Both the position numbers and the translations under genes were made by a program. The notes below the pieces were generated by a model that was not told where the DNA came from, made no database searches, and saw only the letters and a list, made by a program, of their open reading frames with translations. From positions 3,712,001-3,776,000 of the forward strand of contig OZ244070.1 in NCBI GenBank assembly GCA_965215605.1: DNA of 64,000 bases. Reading direction: 5' to 3'. The stretch comes from an uncultured Candidatus Binatia bacterium. Its GTDB lineage: Bacteria; Desulfobacterota; Binatia; UBA9968; JAJDTQ01. This document shows positions 1 through 10,005 of the stretch, one piece after another (position 1 is the stretch's first letter; each line of letters begins with the position of its first letter).

Positions 1-1
1 G

Positions 2-394
2 GGCAGCATCTGCTCGGGCGGGGTCCTGGCCCGTCATCCCAGACTGCGGGTGGCTTTCCTGGAGGCCAACTGTGGCTGGCTCCCATGGCTGCTCTGGCGC
101 ATGGACGAAGGGTACGAACGGGAGGCCGACGTGTGGTCGCCGGATCTGACCATGCCGCCGAGCGACTACTTCAAGAGACAATGCTTCGTGTCGGTGGAGC
201 CGGACGAGGCCCCGGTCAAGTACGTCATCGACTACATGGGGAACGAGCGCATCGTGTTTTCCACCGACTACCCCCACGGGGACTCCAAGTTTCCGCGCGC
301 GGTGGAGAGCTTCCTCGAGCTATCCACCATCAGCGAGGAAGACAAGCACAAGATCCTTTGGGACAATTGCGCCGCCTACTATTCCCTGGACTAA
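2..394 (+). CDS. Amidohydrolase_2 family protein (5'-partial)
   Basis: Frame is open from the window edge: GVLARHPRLRVAFLEANCGWLP ... FSTDYPH ... ILWDNCAAYY, the typical LigW/ACMSD-like C-terminal half. Confidence 0.85.
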   Translation, partial: GSICSGGVLARHPRLRVAFLEANCGWLPWLLWRMDEGYEREADVWSPDLTMPPSDYFKRQCFVSVEPDEAPVKYVIDYMGNERIVFSTDYPHGDSKFPRAVESFLELSTISEEDKHKILWDNCAAYYSLD

Positions 395-422
395 GTGCGA
401 ATCTACGGGACACCACGCCGGG

Positions 423-1577
423 ATGGATGACGGGCGGCCGGTCCGCGGGACGCTTTTTCTGGGGGCGCTCCTGTGGAACATGTGCAACGGCATGCTGTTC
501 GTGCTTACGCCGCTCTTCGGCGTGACTCTCGGCTTGTCCGTACTCGACATCGGCTCCCTGGTCGGGCTTCCCTACCTGCTGACCATCGTCATGCGTTTCG
601 TCGGCGGCGCGTTCGCGGACCGCTACGGCGAGCATCGTATGCTGCAGGCCTGCTACTCGATCAACGTCCTGGCGGCGGTGGCGCTCGGCCTGGCCAACGG
701 GTTCTTCTCCCTGATGCTGTCCAGTACGCTGGCGAACCTTTCCCGCAGCCTCTTCTGGGTCCCGGCCCAGTCCATGGCCAGCCAACTGTCCAGACACAAT
801 CCCGGCAAGATGCTGGGGCAGCTATCCGCCGCCAACTACACCGGACAGTTGCTGGGACTCTCTCTGGGAGGCATCCTGGCCGGCTGGCTGGGTTACGATA
901 CGACTTTCGTCCTGGTGGCGCTGGCATGCGCCCTCGGCATGCTGCTCGGGTTCGCGCTGCCCCCGATCCGCTCGAAACCCGACGGCCGCACCGTCTGGCA
1001 AGTCACCGTGGGGATGAGCCGGCGGTTGATCGAGAGGCGTACCTGGCTGCTGCTCACGAGTTCCTGCGCGGCAGCGGTGCCGTTCGGCATCACCCAATCC
1101 ATCTACCCGGTCTACCTGAGCGGCCTCAGCTTCCCCGAGGGCTGGATCAGCGTGGTGATCGCCGTGCGTTCCATCGGCCCGGTGGTGATCGGGCTCGCCC
1201 TCGGCTCGGAGATCACCATCGCCAGGGAGAAAGTATTCTATGCCGTCAGCATGGGCGGTCTCGGAGTCTGCATCCTTGCCACCGCGTGGACCCAAGGGTT
1301 GCTGCTGCTGGGCCTTTGCATCGCAGGCTTGGGCATGGCCGGCGGAGTGGCCGATCTCCTCAATCAGGTCCAGGCGGTGGACCTCAGCCGGGCCAGCGAC
1401 CGCTCCGCGGTCATGGCCGCTACCGGACTCGGCTGGAACATGGCCCCCATGGCCCTCCCGCTGCTCCTCGGTTGGGCCGCGAATGCGTGGGGTTTCGGGG
1501 CAATGTTTCTCGCCACCGGATGTTTTTTCCTTGTCATTGCCATGGGCACGCCGCTCGTCTACCGGATTCTGCGCTAG
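423..1577 (+). CDS. MFS transporter
   Basis: 384 aa, about 12 hydrophobic segments, GAFADRYG motif A. Confidence 0.85.
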   Translation: MDDGRPVRGTLFLGALLWNMCNGMLFVLTPLFGVTLGLSVLDIGSLVGLPYLLTIVMRFVGGAFADRYGEHRMLQACYSINVLAAVALGLANGFFSLMLSSTLANLSRSLFWVPAQSMASQLSRHNPGKMLGQLSAANYTGQLLGLSLGGILAGWLGYDTTFVLVALACALGMLLGFALPPIRSKPDGRTVWQVTVGMSRRLIERRTWLLLTSSCAAAVPFGITQSIYPVYLSGLSFPEGWISVVIAVRSIGPVVIGLALGSEITIAREKVFYAVSMGGLGVCILATAWTQGLLLLGLCIAGLGMAGGVADLLNQVQAVDLSRASDRSAVMAATGLGWNMAPMALPLLLGWAANAWGFGAMFLATGCFFLVIAMGTPLVYRILR

Positions 1578-1613
1578 CGCCCTTGAAGCCCCTTCCATGA
1601 TTCCCGCCCCGCC

Positions 1614-1640
1614 TGGATTCCCGCTTTCGCGGGAATGACG
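1614..1640 (-). repeat. CGTC-type REP-like palindrome
   Basis: Reverse complement reads CGTCATTCCCGCGAAAGCGGGAATCCA, a stem-loop lying just after the MFS stop codon. Confidence 0.75.
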
Positions 1641-1686
1641 GAAAAGGAGCACCGGGCTCTTGAATGGACCTGCTCGAAAGGTGCTG

Positions 1687-1715
1687 TTGACAGCCGCACC
1701 GGAGGTCAATATAAG
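1687..1715 (+). promoter_or_regulatory. sigma70-type promoter of the RRM gene
   Basis: TTGACA-N17-TATAAG. Confidence 0.7.
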
Positions 1716-1867
1716 AAATTGCGTGATTGCCAAGCGAGAGTTCCTGAACTTGGCTTGTTGGAGACAGTGTAAGACCGAAGTCGACCGGAGTGTCGTGATT
1801 GCCGCACGTGTGCTCTGCTCTTTTCGCCGTGCCTGTCTCGGGGTTGAACAGACTGATGGAGGAGAGC

Positions 1868-2176
1868 ATGAACGAGAAGCTTTACGTGGGCGGTCTGCCG
1901 TATTCGACAACCGAGGACCAGCTCCAGGACATCTTTGCCGCGCACGGGACCGTGGTTTCCGCCAGGGTCATCACGGACAAGTTCACCGGCCGCTCCAGGG
2001 GATTCGGTTTCGTGGAGATGGGGTCCGGAGAAGAGGCTGGAAAGGCCATCGAGGCCCTGCATGATTCGGAGCTGGGGGGCCGCAGGCTGACCGTCAGCGA
2101 GGCGCGCCCGCAGGAGCGCCGGGGCGGTTTCGGAGGAGGAGGAGGCGGCGGCGGAGGCGGCCGGGATCGCTGGTAG
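1868..2176 (+). CDS. RRM RNA-binding protein with Gly-rich tail
   Basis: RNP2 LYVGGL, RNP1 RGFGFVEM, poly-Gly C-terminus; GGAGGAG RBS before ATG 1868. Confidence 0.93.
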   Translation: MNEKLYVGGLPYSTTEDQLQDIFAAHGTVVSARVITDKFTGRSRGFGFVEMGSGEEAGKAIEALHDSELGGRRLTVSEARPQERRGGFGGGGGGGGGGRDRW

Positions 2177-2184
2177 CCGAAGTT

Positions 2185-2877
2185 TCAGTCGAGCGGACCG
2201 GGCTCGGTCCGCTCTTCGACATCGCCGTCGGACTTGCCGATGATGATTCGGGTCGCGAGTCCGGTGAAGAGGCCGCATTCCACGACGCCGCAGGTGCCGA
2301 CGATCTCCCGTTCCAGCGCGGGCGGATCGTCGATCACCCCGAATGAGCAGTCGAGGATGTAGTTTCCGTTGTCGGTCACGAAGGGGCCGCGGTCCGACGA
2401 ACGGAAGCTCGCCTCGCAGCCGATTTCCCTCAGGCGGCGCTGCGTGAGCTGCCAGCCGAACGGCACCACCTCCACGGGCAATGGAAAGGTTCCGAGGCGG
2501 CGCTTCAGCTTGCCCGGGTCGACGATGATCAGTTCGGCGCGGCTTGCGGTGGCGACGAACTTCTCGCGCAGCAGCGCTCCCCCGCCTCCCTTGACGAGGT
2601 TGAACGCCGGGTCGACCTCGTCGGCGCCGTCGATGGTGACGTCGACGGAAAGCGTTTCCGCAAAACTCGTCAGGGGAATCCCCAATTCGCGCGCCAGGGT
2701 GGCCGAGCGTTCGGAAGTGGGAATGCAGCGGATACGAAGCCCTTCCCGGCGTATCCTGTCGGCCAGCCGGACGATGGCAAAGTAGGCCGTCGAACCCGTG
2801 CCGAGCCCCACGATCATATCGTCGTTCACGTAGTCCGCGGCGCGCTCGCCGGCGATTTGCTTGGGATTGGGAGCCAT
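2185..2877 (-). CDS. rpiA: Ribose-5-phosphate isomerase A
   Basis: GLGTGST, DGADEVD and KGGGGALLREK motifs. Confidence 0.96.
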   Translation of the reverse strand: MAPNPKQIAGERAADYVNDDMIVGLGTGSTAYFAIVRLADRIRREGLRIRCIPTSERSATLARELGIPLTSFAETLSVDVTIDGADEVDPAFNLVKGGGGALLREKFVATASRAELIIVDPGKLKRRLGTFPLPVEVVPFGWQLTQRRLREIGCEASFRSSDRGPFVTDNGNYILDCSFGVIDDPPALEREIVGTCGVVECGLFTGLATRIIIGKSDGDVEERTEPGPLD

Positions 2878-3017
2878 GGTTTTCCTGACAGGCGTGCCAG
2901 CGGCAATTCTAGCGCAACCCGTTCCGCTTGGAAAACACTCACACGCTTCGTCTGCTTGCGGTCCGGGTGTTGCTTCCGGAGCATGGCTCCGAAACTTGCG
3001 CCCGCGAGTGCCGCCGC

Positions 3018-3046
3018 TTGAAAGGACCTCTCGCGGCGGTTAATCT
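3018..3046 (+). promoter_or_regulatory. Putative leaderless-type promoter of the M48 peptidase gene
   Basis: TTGAAA-N17-TAATCT, 5 nt before the ATG. Confidence 0.5.
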
Positions 3047-3051
3047 TAGGC

Positions 3052-3864
3052 ATGCCTTTCACCCGGGCCATCCGGCTGGCGTTCTGTACGCTCCTGACGG
3101 CCGTGGCGGCGGCCTGCGGGCCACTGAGCGTTGAGGAGGAACGCGAGCTTGGCGTCGACTTCTCCCGGGCCTTCAACCGTCGCACCGTCCTCGTCCGGGA
3201 CCCGGCCGTCGTCGGTTACGTATCGGCCATCGCCGGGCGCCTTTTGAAACACGCGGAACCTCAGCCCTTCACGTACCGCTTCAACGTGGTCCCGAAAAGC
3301 GAGATCAACGCTTTCGCGGCACCGGCCGGCTACATCTACATCTACACCGGGACGATACTCGCGGCGCACAACGTCAGCGAGCTGGCCGGCGTCATCGCGC
3401 ACGAGATCGGGCACGTCGCCAAGCGGCATGTCGCCAACAATTTCACCCGCGCCCTGGCGACCAACATGCTGCAGCAGGTGGGCATTGCCGCCGCGGAGGT
3501 AGCCGCGGGCCCCCAGGCCGGCATGGCCGCGCAGACCCTGGGAGGTCTGGCGGCCATGGGCTACCTCAATACCTTCAGCAGGGAGGCGGAGCACGAGGCC
3601 GACGCGTTCGCCGTCCAGCTCATGTACAGGGCCGGCTACGACCCGCGCGGCCTGACGGCGTTCTTCGAATCCCTGAAGAAGCAAGGGGAGGCATCGGTAC
3701 CGAGCTTTCTCAGGAGTCATCCGGCCACCTCCGCCCGCGCCGCCAATACCCGGGAGATGATCCGGAGGCTGCCCGCGGGGCGCTCGCTGGAACGTCACGA
3801 CAACGGCAGGCTGGAGCAGATCCAGCAAGCTCTTCGGAGGACCGCGGCCAGAAGCCGTCGCTGA
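3052..3864 (+). CDS. M48 family zinc metalloprotease, probable lipoprotein (BepA/YfgC-like)
   Basis: INAFA, HEIGH, FSREAEHEAD and SHP motifs; AAAC lipobox-like signal. Confidence 0.88.
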   Translation: MPFTRAIRLAFCTLLTAVAAACGPLSVEEERELGVDFSRAFNRRTVLVRDPAVVGYVSAIAGRLLKHAEPQPFTYRFNVVPKSEINAFAAPAGYIYIYTGTILAAHNVSELAGVIAHEIGHVAKRHVANNFTRALATNMLQQVGIAAAEVAAGPQAGMAAQTLGGLAAMGYLNTFSREAEHEADAFAVQLMYRAGYDPRGLTAFFESLKKQGEASVPSFLRSHPATSARAANTREMIRRLPAGRSLERHDNGRLEQIQQALRRTAARSRR

Positions 3865-3895
3865 CCGGCGCGATCCTGGACGCAAAGGAACGGAT

Positions 3896-4810
3896 GTGAA
3901 GCAAATCGGATTCATCGGTACGGGGGGCATGGGCAGCGGCATGGCCGCGAACCTGCTCGGGGCAGGCTTCGGTTTGGTGGTCAACGACATCCGCCACGAG
4001 GCGGCCCGGCCGCTGGAGGAGAAAGGGGCGGTTTTCGCCGGCAGCCCGAGGGAAGTGGCCGAGGGCTGCAACGTCGTGCTCTCCATGCTGCCCGACGGCG
4101 CGGCCGTGCGCGACGTCGGGCTCGGCGCCGGCGGGCTCCGGGATGCGGCCGGAGGCGCACGCACCTGGGTGGATTTCAGCAGCATCGACAAGAAGACCGT
4201 CGTCGAGCTGGACGAGGGTCTCAAGGCGCACGGCTGGCAGCTTCTCGACGCCTCGGTCAGCGGCGTCGAGGAAGCCGCCGCCGCGGCGGCGCTGTCCATC
4301 TGGGCATCGGGTCCCAAAGCGCTCTACGACGAGAACATGGCGGTGTTCGAGGCCATGGGCAAGAAGATCGAGGCCATGGGCAAGAAGATCGTGTACATGG
4401 GCGAGTTGGGCAACGCCAAGCTGGTGAAGACCGCCAACGCCATGCTGAGCGGGATCATGCACATGGGGATGGTGGAAGTCTACAACTGGCTGAAGACAGG
4501 CGGCCTCGACGAACAGGACTTCGAGAACTTCATCCGCAGCTCGCAGAACTATTCCGACGCCCTTGAACGGGTGACGCGGATCATCGTGAGCGGCCAGTTC
4601 AAGCCGAGAAAGTCGTGGATGCCCAAGGATGTCGGGTTCGGACTGGAGGTGGCCCGGGAAATGGAAACTCCGGTGCCGTTCACTTCCCTGGTCGATCAGA
4701 TGTTCGCCATCGCCCAGGCCAACGGCGTGGACGGCTACGAGGCCACCGGCATCGCCTGCGAGGTCTTCTCGATATTGTCCGGCCGCAAGGGAAGCGGCCA
4801 AGTCCAGTAG
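3896..4810 (+). CDS. 3-hydroxyisobutyrate dehydrogenase-like NAD(P)-dependent oxidoreductase
   Basis: IGFIGTGGMGSGMA Rossmann fold, catalytic Lys in KLVKTAN, KDVG motif. Confidence 0.85.
   Translation: MKQIGFIGTGGMGSGMAANLLGAGFGLVVNDIRHEAARPLEEKGAVFAGSPREVAEGCNVVLSMLPDGAAVRDVGLGAGGLRDAAGGARTWVDFSSIDKKTVVELDEGLKAHGWQLLDASVSGVEEAAAAAALSIWASGPKALYDENMAVFEAMGKKIEAMGKKIVYMGELGNAKLVKTANAMLSGIMHMGMVEVYNWLKTGGLDEQDFENFIRSSQNYSDALERVTRIIVSGQFKPRKSWMPKDVGFGLEVAREMETPVPFTSLVDQMFAIAQANGVDGYEATGIACEVFSILSGRKGSGQVQ
4347..4391 (+). repeat. In-frame 21-bp tandem duplication
   Basis: TCGAGGCCATGGGCAAGAAGA twice, giving EAMGKKI-EAMGKKI. Confidence 0.9.
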
Positions 4811-4826
4811 ATTGCCATGCGAATGA

Positions 4827-6056
<1,230 letters not shown>

Positions 6057-6075
6057 CGGATCGGACGGGACGCGC

Positions 6076-8349
6076 ATGACCATGGAAGTCGTCGGCAAAC
6101 GCCGAAACCGCATCGAGGGCATGGAGAAGGTCACCGGCGAGGCGAAGTTCTCGGGTGACCTGGACATCCCGGGCGTGCTCGACGCCCGCGTCCTCCGAAG
6201 CACCCATCCCCACGCGCGCATTCGTTCCATCGACGTGAGCGCGGCGCTCGAAGTGCCGGGGGTGGTGGCCGTGCTGTCCAGGGACGATCTCCGCGACATG
6301 GACCCCTACTACGGCCACTGTCTGCGGGATCGGCCCATCCTGGCCATGGAGCGGGTGCGTTACGTGGGCGAACCCGTGGCCGCGGTGGCCGCCCGTGACC
6401 GGCTGGCGGCCGAAGAAGCCGTGTCGCTGATCCGGGTCGAATACGAAGATCTCCCTTACGTCACCACCCTGGAGGACGCCCTGGCCGACGGCGCTCCGGT
6501 GCTCCACGAACAGGTGGCGGGGTCCGGAGATTTCCACGACGTCGACCTTTCGGATGACCGGGAGCACCGGAACATCTGTCACCATGAGCACATCGAGCTC
6601 GGCGACGTGGAGCGGGGCTTCGCCCAGGCGGACGAGGTCTTCGAGGACGTGTTCCACTTTCCCATGGTGTGCCACTACTCCATGGAGCCCCACATCACCA
6701 CCGCCCGGTTCCACGGCGGACAGTTGACGCTGTGGTCCGCCTCGGCGCACCCGTTTCTCATCCGATCGGAGTTGGCGCGGCTGTTCGGCCTCTCCATGAC
6801 CGACGTCCAGGTGGTGGTTCCCTACGTGGGCGGCGCGTTCGGAGGCAAGTCCTATCTCAAGATCGAGCCGCTGGTGGTGGCGTTGGCGCGCAAGACCCAG
6901 GGCCTCCCGGTGCGGCTGGAGCACTCGGTCACGGAGTCCATGCTGACCGCACGGCGCCACTCCGCCCGCTGCTGGATCAAGACCGGGGTCAAGCGCGACG
7001 GCACTATCGTGGCCCGTGACGTAAAGATCTACCTCGACACCGGCGCCTATGCCGACAACGGTCCCCGGGTGGTGGCCCGTGCCGTGCTGCGGGTTCATGG
7101 CGCCTATCGTTGCGCCAACTTCCGGTCCGACAGCTACGGCATCTACACCAACTCGGTCCCCGCGGGATCCATGCGCTCCATCGGCGGACCCCAGTCCATC
7201 TGGCCGGTGGAAGCGCAGATGGACAGAATCGCCGAGGCACTGGGGCTGGATCCCGTTCGGTACCGCATGGAACATCTGCTGGGCCGAGACGAACAGATCC
7301 GGCCGAACTCCCGCGGCGTCGACGGCGACTTGCGCGAGGGACTGAGCAAGGTCGTCGAGATGATACGGCAGCGGGGAGAGCCTGAAAGGGGCGCCGGCGC
7401 CGGGCTGGCCGTGGGCATCACGGACAGCGAGGCCAACCCCGTCTCCACCGCCATCGTCCGGCTTTTGAGCGACGGCAACGTCGTGGTCATGGCGGGCAGC
7501 ACCGAGGTGGGGCAGGGGGCCCGCACCGTGCTGAGCCAGATCGCGGCCGAAGAACTCCGTGTACCGTTCGAACGGGTGGTGCTGCGCGGCACCGATACCC
7601 ATACCACTCCCTTCGACCGCTCCACCGGCGCCAGCCGTTCCACCACCGTCATGGGAACGGCGGTCAAATTCGCGGCGGCCGACGTGCACCGCCAGATCAC
7701 GGCCATCGCCGCGGAACAGTTCGGCGTCGACCCCGAGCGGGTGGTGGTGAAGGACGGCGCCGCTTGGTGCGGCGAGGCCCGGCGCGGGTTCGCCGAGGTG
7801 GTGGCGGGTTATTTCGGCATGCCCGGCGGCGAGTTGATCGGGCGCGGCTACGTCCGGGCCGGCGGCGGCATCTCGCCGATCCTGCCGATCTTCTGGGAAG
7901 TGGGCATTGGCGGGGCCGTGGTGGCGGTGGACGCCGATACCGGCGAGGTGACGATTCAGCGATACGCCAGCGTGGCGGACGTGGGCAGGGCCATCAATCC
8001 GCGTCAGGCGGAGGGGCAGGATGAGGGCGCCGCGGTCATGGCCATGGGACATACCCTGTTCGAGTCCCTGATCTACGCCGGCGGGCAGCCCCTCAATCCC
8101 AACCTGGTGGACTACCGGGTACCGGGCTTCCGGGATATTCCGCGGACCTTCGAGTCGTGCCTGGTGGAGAACGCGGACGGCCCCGGCCCCTACGGCGCCA
8201 AGGGGATGGGGGAGGGCGGCATCATTCCCGTGGCCCCGGCCGTGTGCAACGCCGTGGCCCAGGCCACGGGGGTTCGAATCCGCGAGCTTCCGCTGACGCC
8301 GGAACGCGTCTGGCGGGCGTTGCGAACGGCCAGTTCGGAAAACCCGTGA
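6076..8349 (+). CDS. Xanthine dehydrogenase family molybdopterin-binding large subunit
   Basis: KVTGEAKF, VGGAFGGK, EVGQG and GAKGMGE motifs. Confidence 0.9.
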   Translation: MTMEVVGKRRNRIEGMEKVTGEAKFSGDLDIPGVLDARVLRSTHPHARIRSIDVSAALEVPGVVAVLSRDDLRDMDPYYGHCLRDRPILAMERVRYVGEPVAAVAARDRLAAEEAVSLIRVEYEDLPYVTTLEDALADGAPVLHEQVAGSGDFHDVDLSDDREHRNICHHEHIELGDVERGFAQADEVFEDVFHFPMVCHYSMEPHITTARFHGGQLTLWSASAHPFLIRSELARLFGLSMTDVQVVVPYVGGAFGGKSYLKIEPLVVALARKTQGLPVRLEHSVTESMLTARRHSARCWIKTGVKRDGTIVARDVKIYLDTGAYADNGPRVVARAVLRVHGAYRCANFRSDSYGIYTNSVPAGSMRSIGGPQSIWPVEAQMDRIAEALGLDPVRYRMEHLLGRDEQIRPNSRGVDGDLREGLSKVVEMIRQRGEPERGAGAGLAVGITDSEANPVSTAIVRLLSDGNVVVMAGSTEVGQGARTVLSQIAAEELRVPFERVVLRGTDTHTTPFDRSTGASRSTTVMGTAVKFAAADVHRQITAIAAEQFGVDPERVVVKDGAAWCGEARRGFAEVVAGYFGMPGGELIGRGYVRAGGGISPILPIFWEVGIGGAVVAVDADTGEVTIQRYASVADVGRAINPRQAEGQDEGAAVMAMGHTLFESLIYAGGQPLNPNLVDYRVPGFRDIPRTFESCLVENADGPGPYGAKGMGEGGIIPVAPAVCNAVAQATGVRIRELPLTPERVWRALRTASSENP

Positions 8350-8388
8350 GGCCCTGAACTCCGGTTTCGGCCCACCGGCAACCAGTCC

Positions 8389-8625
8389 ATGCGGTCAGCC
8401 ATCGGCCTCATCTGGCTCAGTCTTTTCTGGACCCTGCTCTGTTTCGTGTTCTACCGCGACCGGGAACTGATCATTCAGGCAAGTCTGCCGGTGTGGATCG
8501 CCTCGGCGCTTGCGTGGGCGGCCTGCAGAATCGCGGCGTCGTCGCTCCGGTCGGGCTGGCGGCGCCGTCGCTCCAGGCCGTGGAAAGGAAAGAACGCGGC
8601 CAAGCCGCGAAAACGGTCTCGATAG
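8389..8625 (+). CDS. Small hypothetical membrane protein
   Basis: Two hydrophobic segments and a basic tail; fills the gap after the Mo enzyme gene. Confidence 0.4.
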   Translation: MRSAIGLIWLSLFWTLLCFVFYRDRELIIQASLPVWIASALAWAACRIAASSLRSGWRRRRSRPWKGKNAAKPRKRSR

Positions 8626-8655
8626 GGACGGACCCGTTATCCGTGATGCCGGACA

Positions 8656-9090
8656 CTAGCGGCTGAGCATGAGGTCGATGGACAGTGCGCCCGCGCCGCC
8701 CACCAGCAGCGCCAACGCCATCAGAAACAGCGCCAGACAGTATTCGATGCCGGTGCCCTTGCGGCCGCCGCCGGACACGTAGAACCCGAACTCCCAATGT
8801 CCCTTGTAGAGGGCCACGGCCGTGAAGACCGCCAGCCCCAGGGCTAGGGGGCGGACGAGAAAACCCAACAGCATGGCCGGAACGCTGAGCGCTTCCGTGA
8901 GGATGCCGATGGCGCCGACCCAGACCGGAATGTGGTATTTTTCTTTCCAGTTGCCGAGTTGGCCCCTTGGCCCCCTTCCGCCGAACCAGCCAAGCAGATG
9001 CTGTGAGCCGTGGGCAAAGAAGGTGATGGCCAGACCCAGGCGCAGGACGACGAAAGCCAGATTCGGTTCCGTTTGAAATATTGCATTCAT
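8656..9090 (-). CDS. DoxX family membrane protein
   Basis: LRLGLAITFFAHGSQ, GIEYCL and GAGALSID motifs. Confidence 0.88.
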   Translation of the reverse strand: MNAIFQTEPNLAFVVLRLGLAITFFAHGSQHLLGWFGGRGPRGQLGNWKEKYHIPVWVGAIGILTEALSVPAMLLGFLVRPLALGLAVFTAVALYKGHWEFGFYVSGGGRKGTGIEYCLALFLMALALLVGGAGALSIDLMLSR

Positions 9091-9191
9091 GGCTGACCCT
9101 TCCTCTGGCGGCGGGGTTCAGACCCGCCAGCGGGACGGCTGCAACGTCGAAAGAACGGATAGGGCCCGGGTATCCGCTGGCCCCGCCCGGT

Positions 9192-9995
9192 TCAACCGGC
9201 CAGGAACTTCCGCATGGCGGCGTGGGCCGCATCCGGGTTCACGAAGAAATAGCTGTGTCTCTCGCCCTGGAGCTCCACGAGGGAGGCGCCGGGAATCCCG
9301 GCCGTCAGCACGTCGGCCGCCTGCCGCAGCGAGGTATCGCTGGTCACGTTGTGCTCCTCTTCGCCCACCAGGATCAGCGTCGGCATCCGGATTTCCTTCA
9401 GCCGGTCCTTGAGGTCGTGCTGCTGGCGCGCGATGACGTGACGAAAATACTGCTCCACCGGGTTGAGATGCGCCATCCGCACCGCCAGGTAGCCTTCCAC
9501 GCGTTGCGGGTAGCGCTTGACGAACGCGTCGGTGAATCCCACCAGGATGCCATGGTCCCGCAGGTACCGCTCGTAACCCCACTCCACCATTTCCCTGGCG
9601 ATGCGCAGGGGAATCCCCTGGTGCGGATTGAAGCCCCGGCCCGAGGCGCAGATGAGCGCCGAGACCCGGTCGGCATGGTCCAGGGCCATCACCTGGGCCA
9701 CCGAGCCGCCCATGGAGTGGCCGCAGACCACCGCGTCCCGGGCGTCCAGATGCTCCAGCACCGCGGCCGCGTCGTCGGCGAAGTCCTTGACGCCGTAGGG
9801 CGCCGACGGCCAGTCCGAGCGTCCCGTGCCGCGATAGTCGCACAGGATCACCTGGTGGTCGCGCGAGAACGCCGGCACCTGATGGAGCTTCCAGACGTCG
9901 CAGTGGCAGGCGGTTTCGCTGAGGAACAGCAGCGGACGGCCGCTGCCGTGGCTTTCGTAGTAGAGCTTCGTTCCGTTCCTTTCGATGAAAGGCAT
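9192..9995 (-). CDS. Alpha/beta hydrolase
   Basis: DYRGTGRS, GHSMGG nucleophile elbow, C-terminal His. Confidence 0.88.
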   Translation of the reverse strand: MPFIERNGTKLYYESHGSGRPLLFLSETACHCDVWKLHQVPAFSRDHQVILCDYRGTGRSDWPSAPYGVKDFADDAAAVLEHLDARDAVVCGHSMGGSVAQVMALDHADRVSALICASGRGFNPHQGIPLRIAREMVEWGYERYLRDHGILVGFTDAFVKRYPQRVEGYLAVRMAHLNPVEQYFRHVIARQQHDLKDRLKEIRMPTLILVGEEEHNVTSDTSLRQAADVLTAGIPGASLVELQGERHSYFFVNPDAAHAAMRKFLAG

Positions 9996-10005
9996 GGACA
10001 GCGTC

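Noticed and set aside
2120-2165. GGA/GGC trinucleotide run
   Set aside because: It encodes the ordinary poly-Gly tail of the RRM protein.
6076-8349. Aerobic CO dehydrogenase CoxL
   Set aside because: It lacks the AYxCSFR and AYRGAGR signatures, and there is no coxM/coxS.
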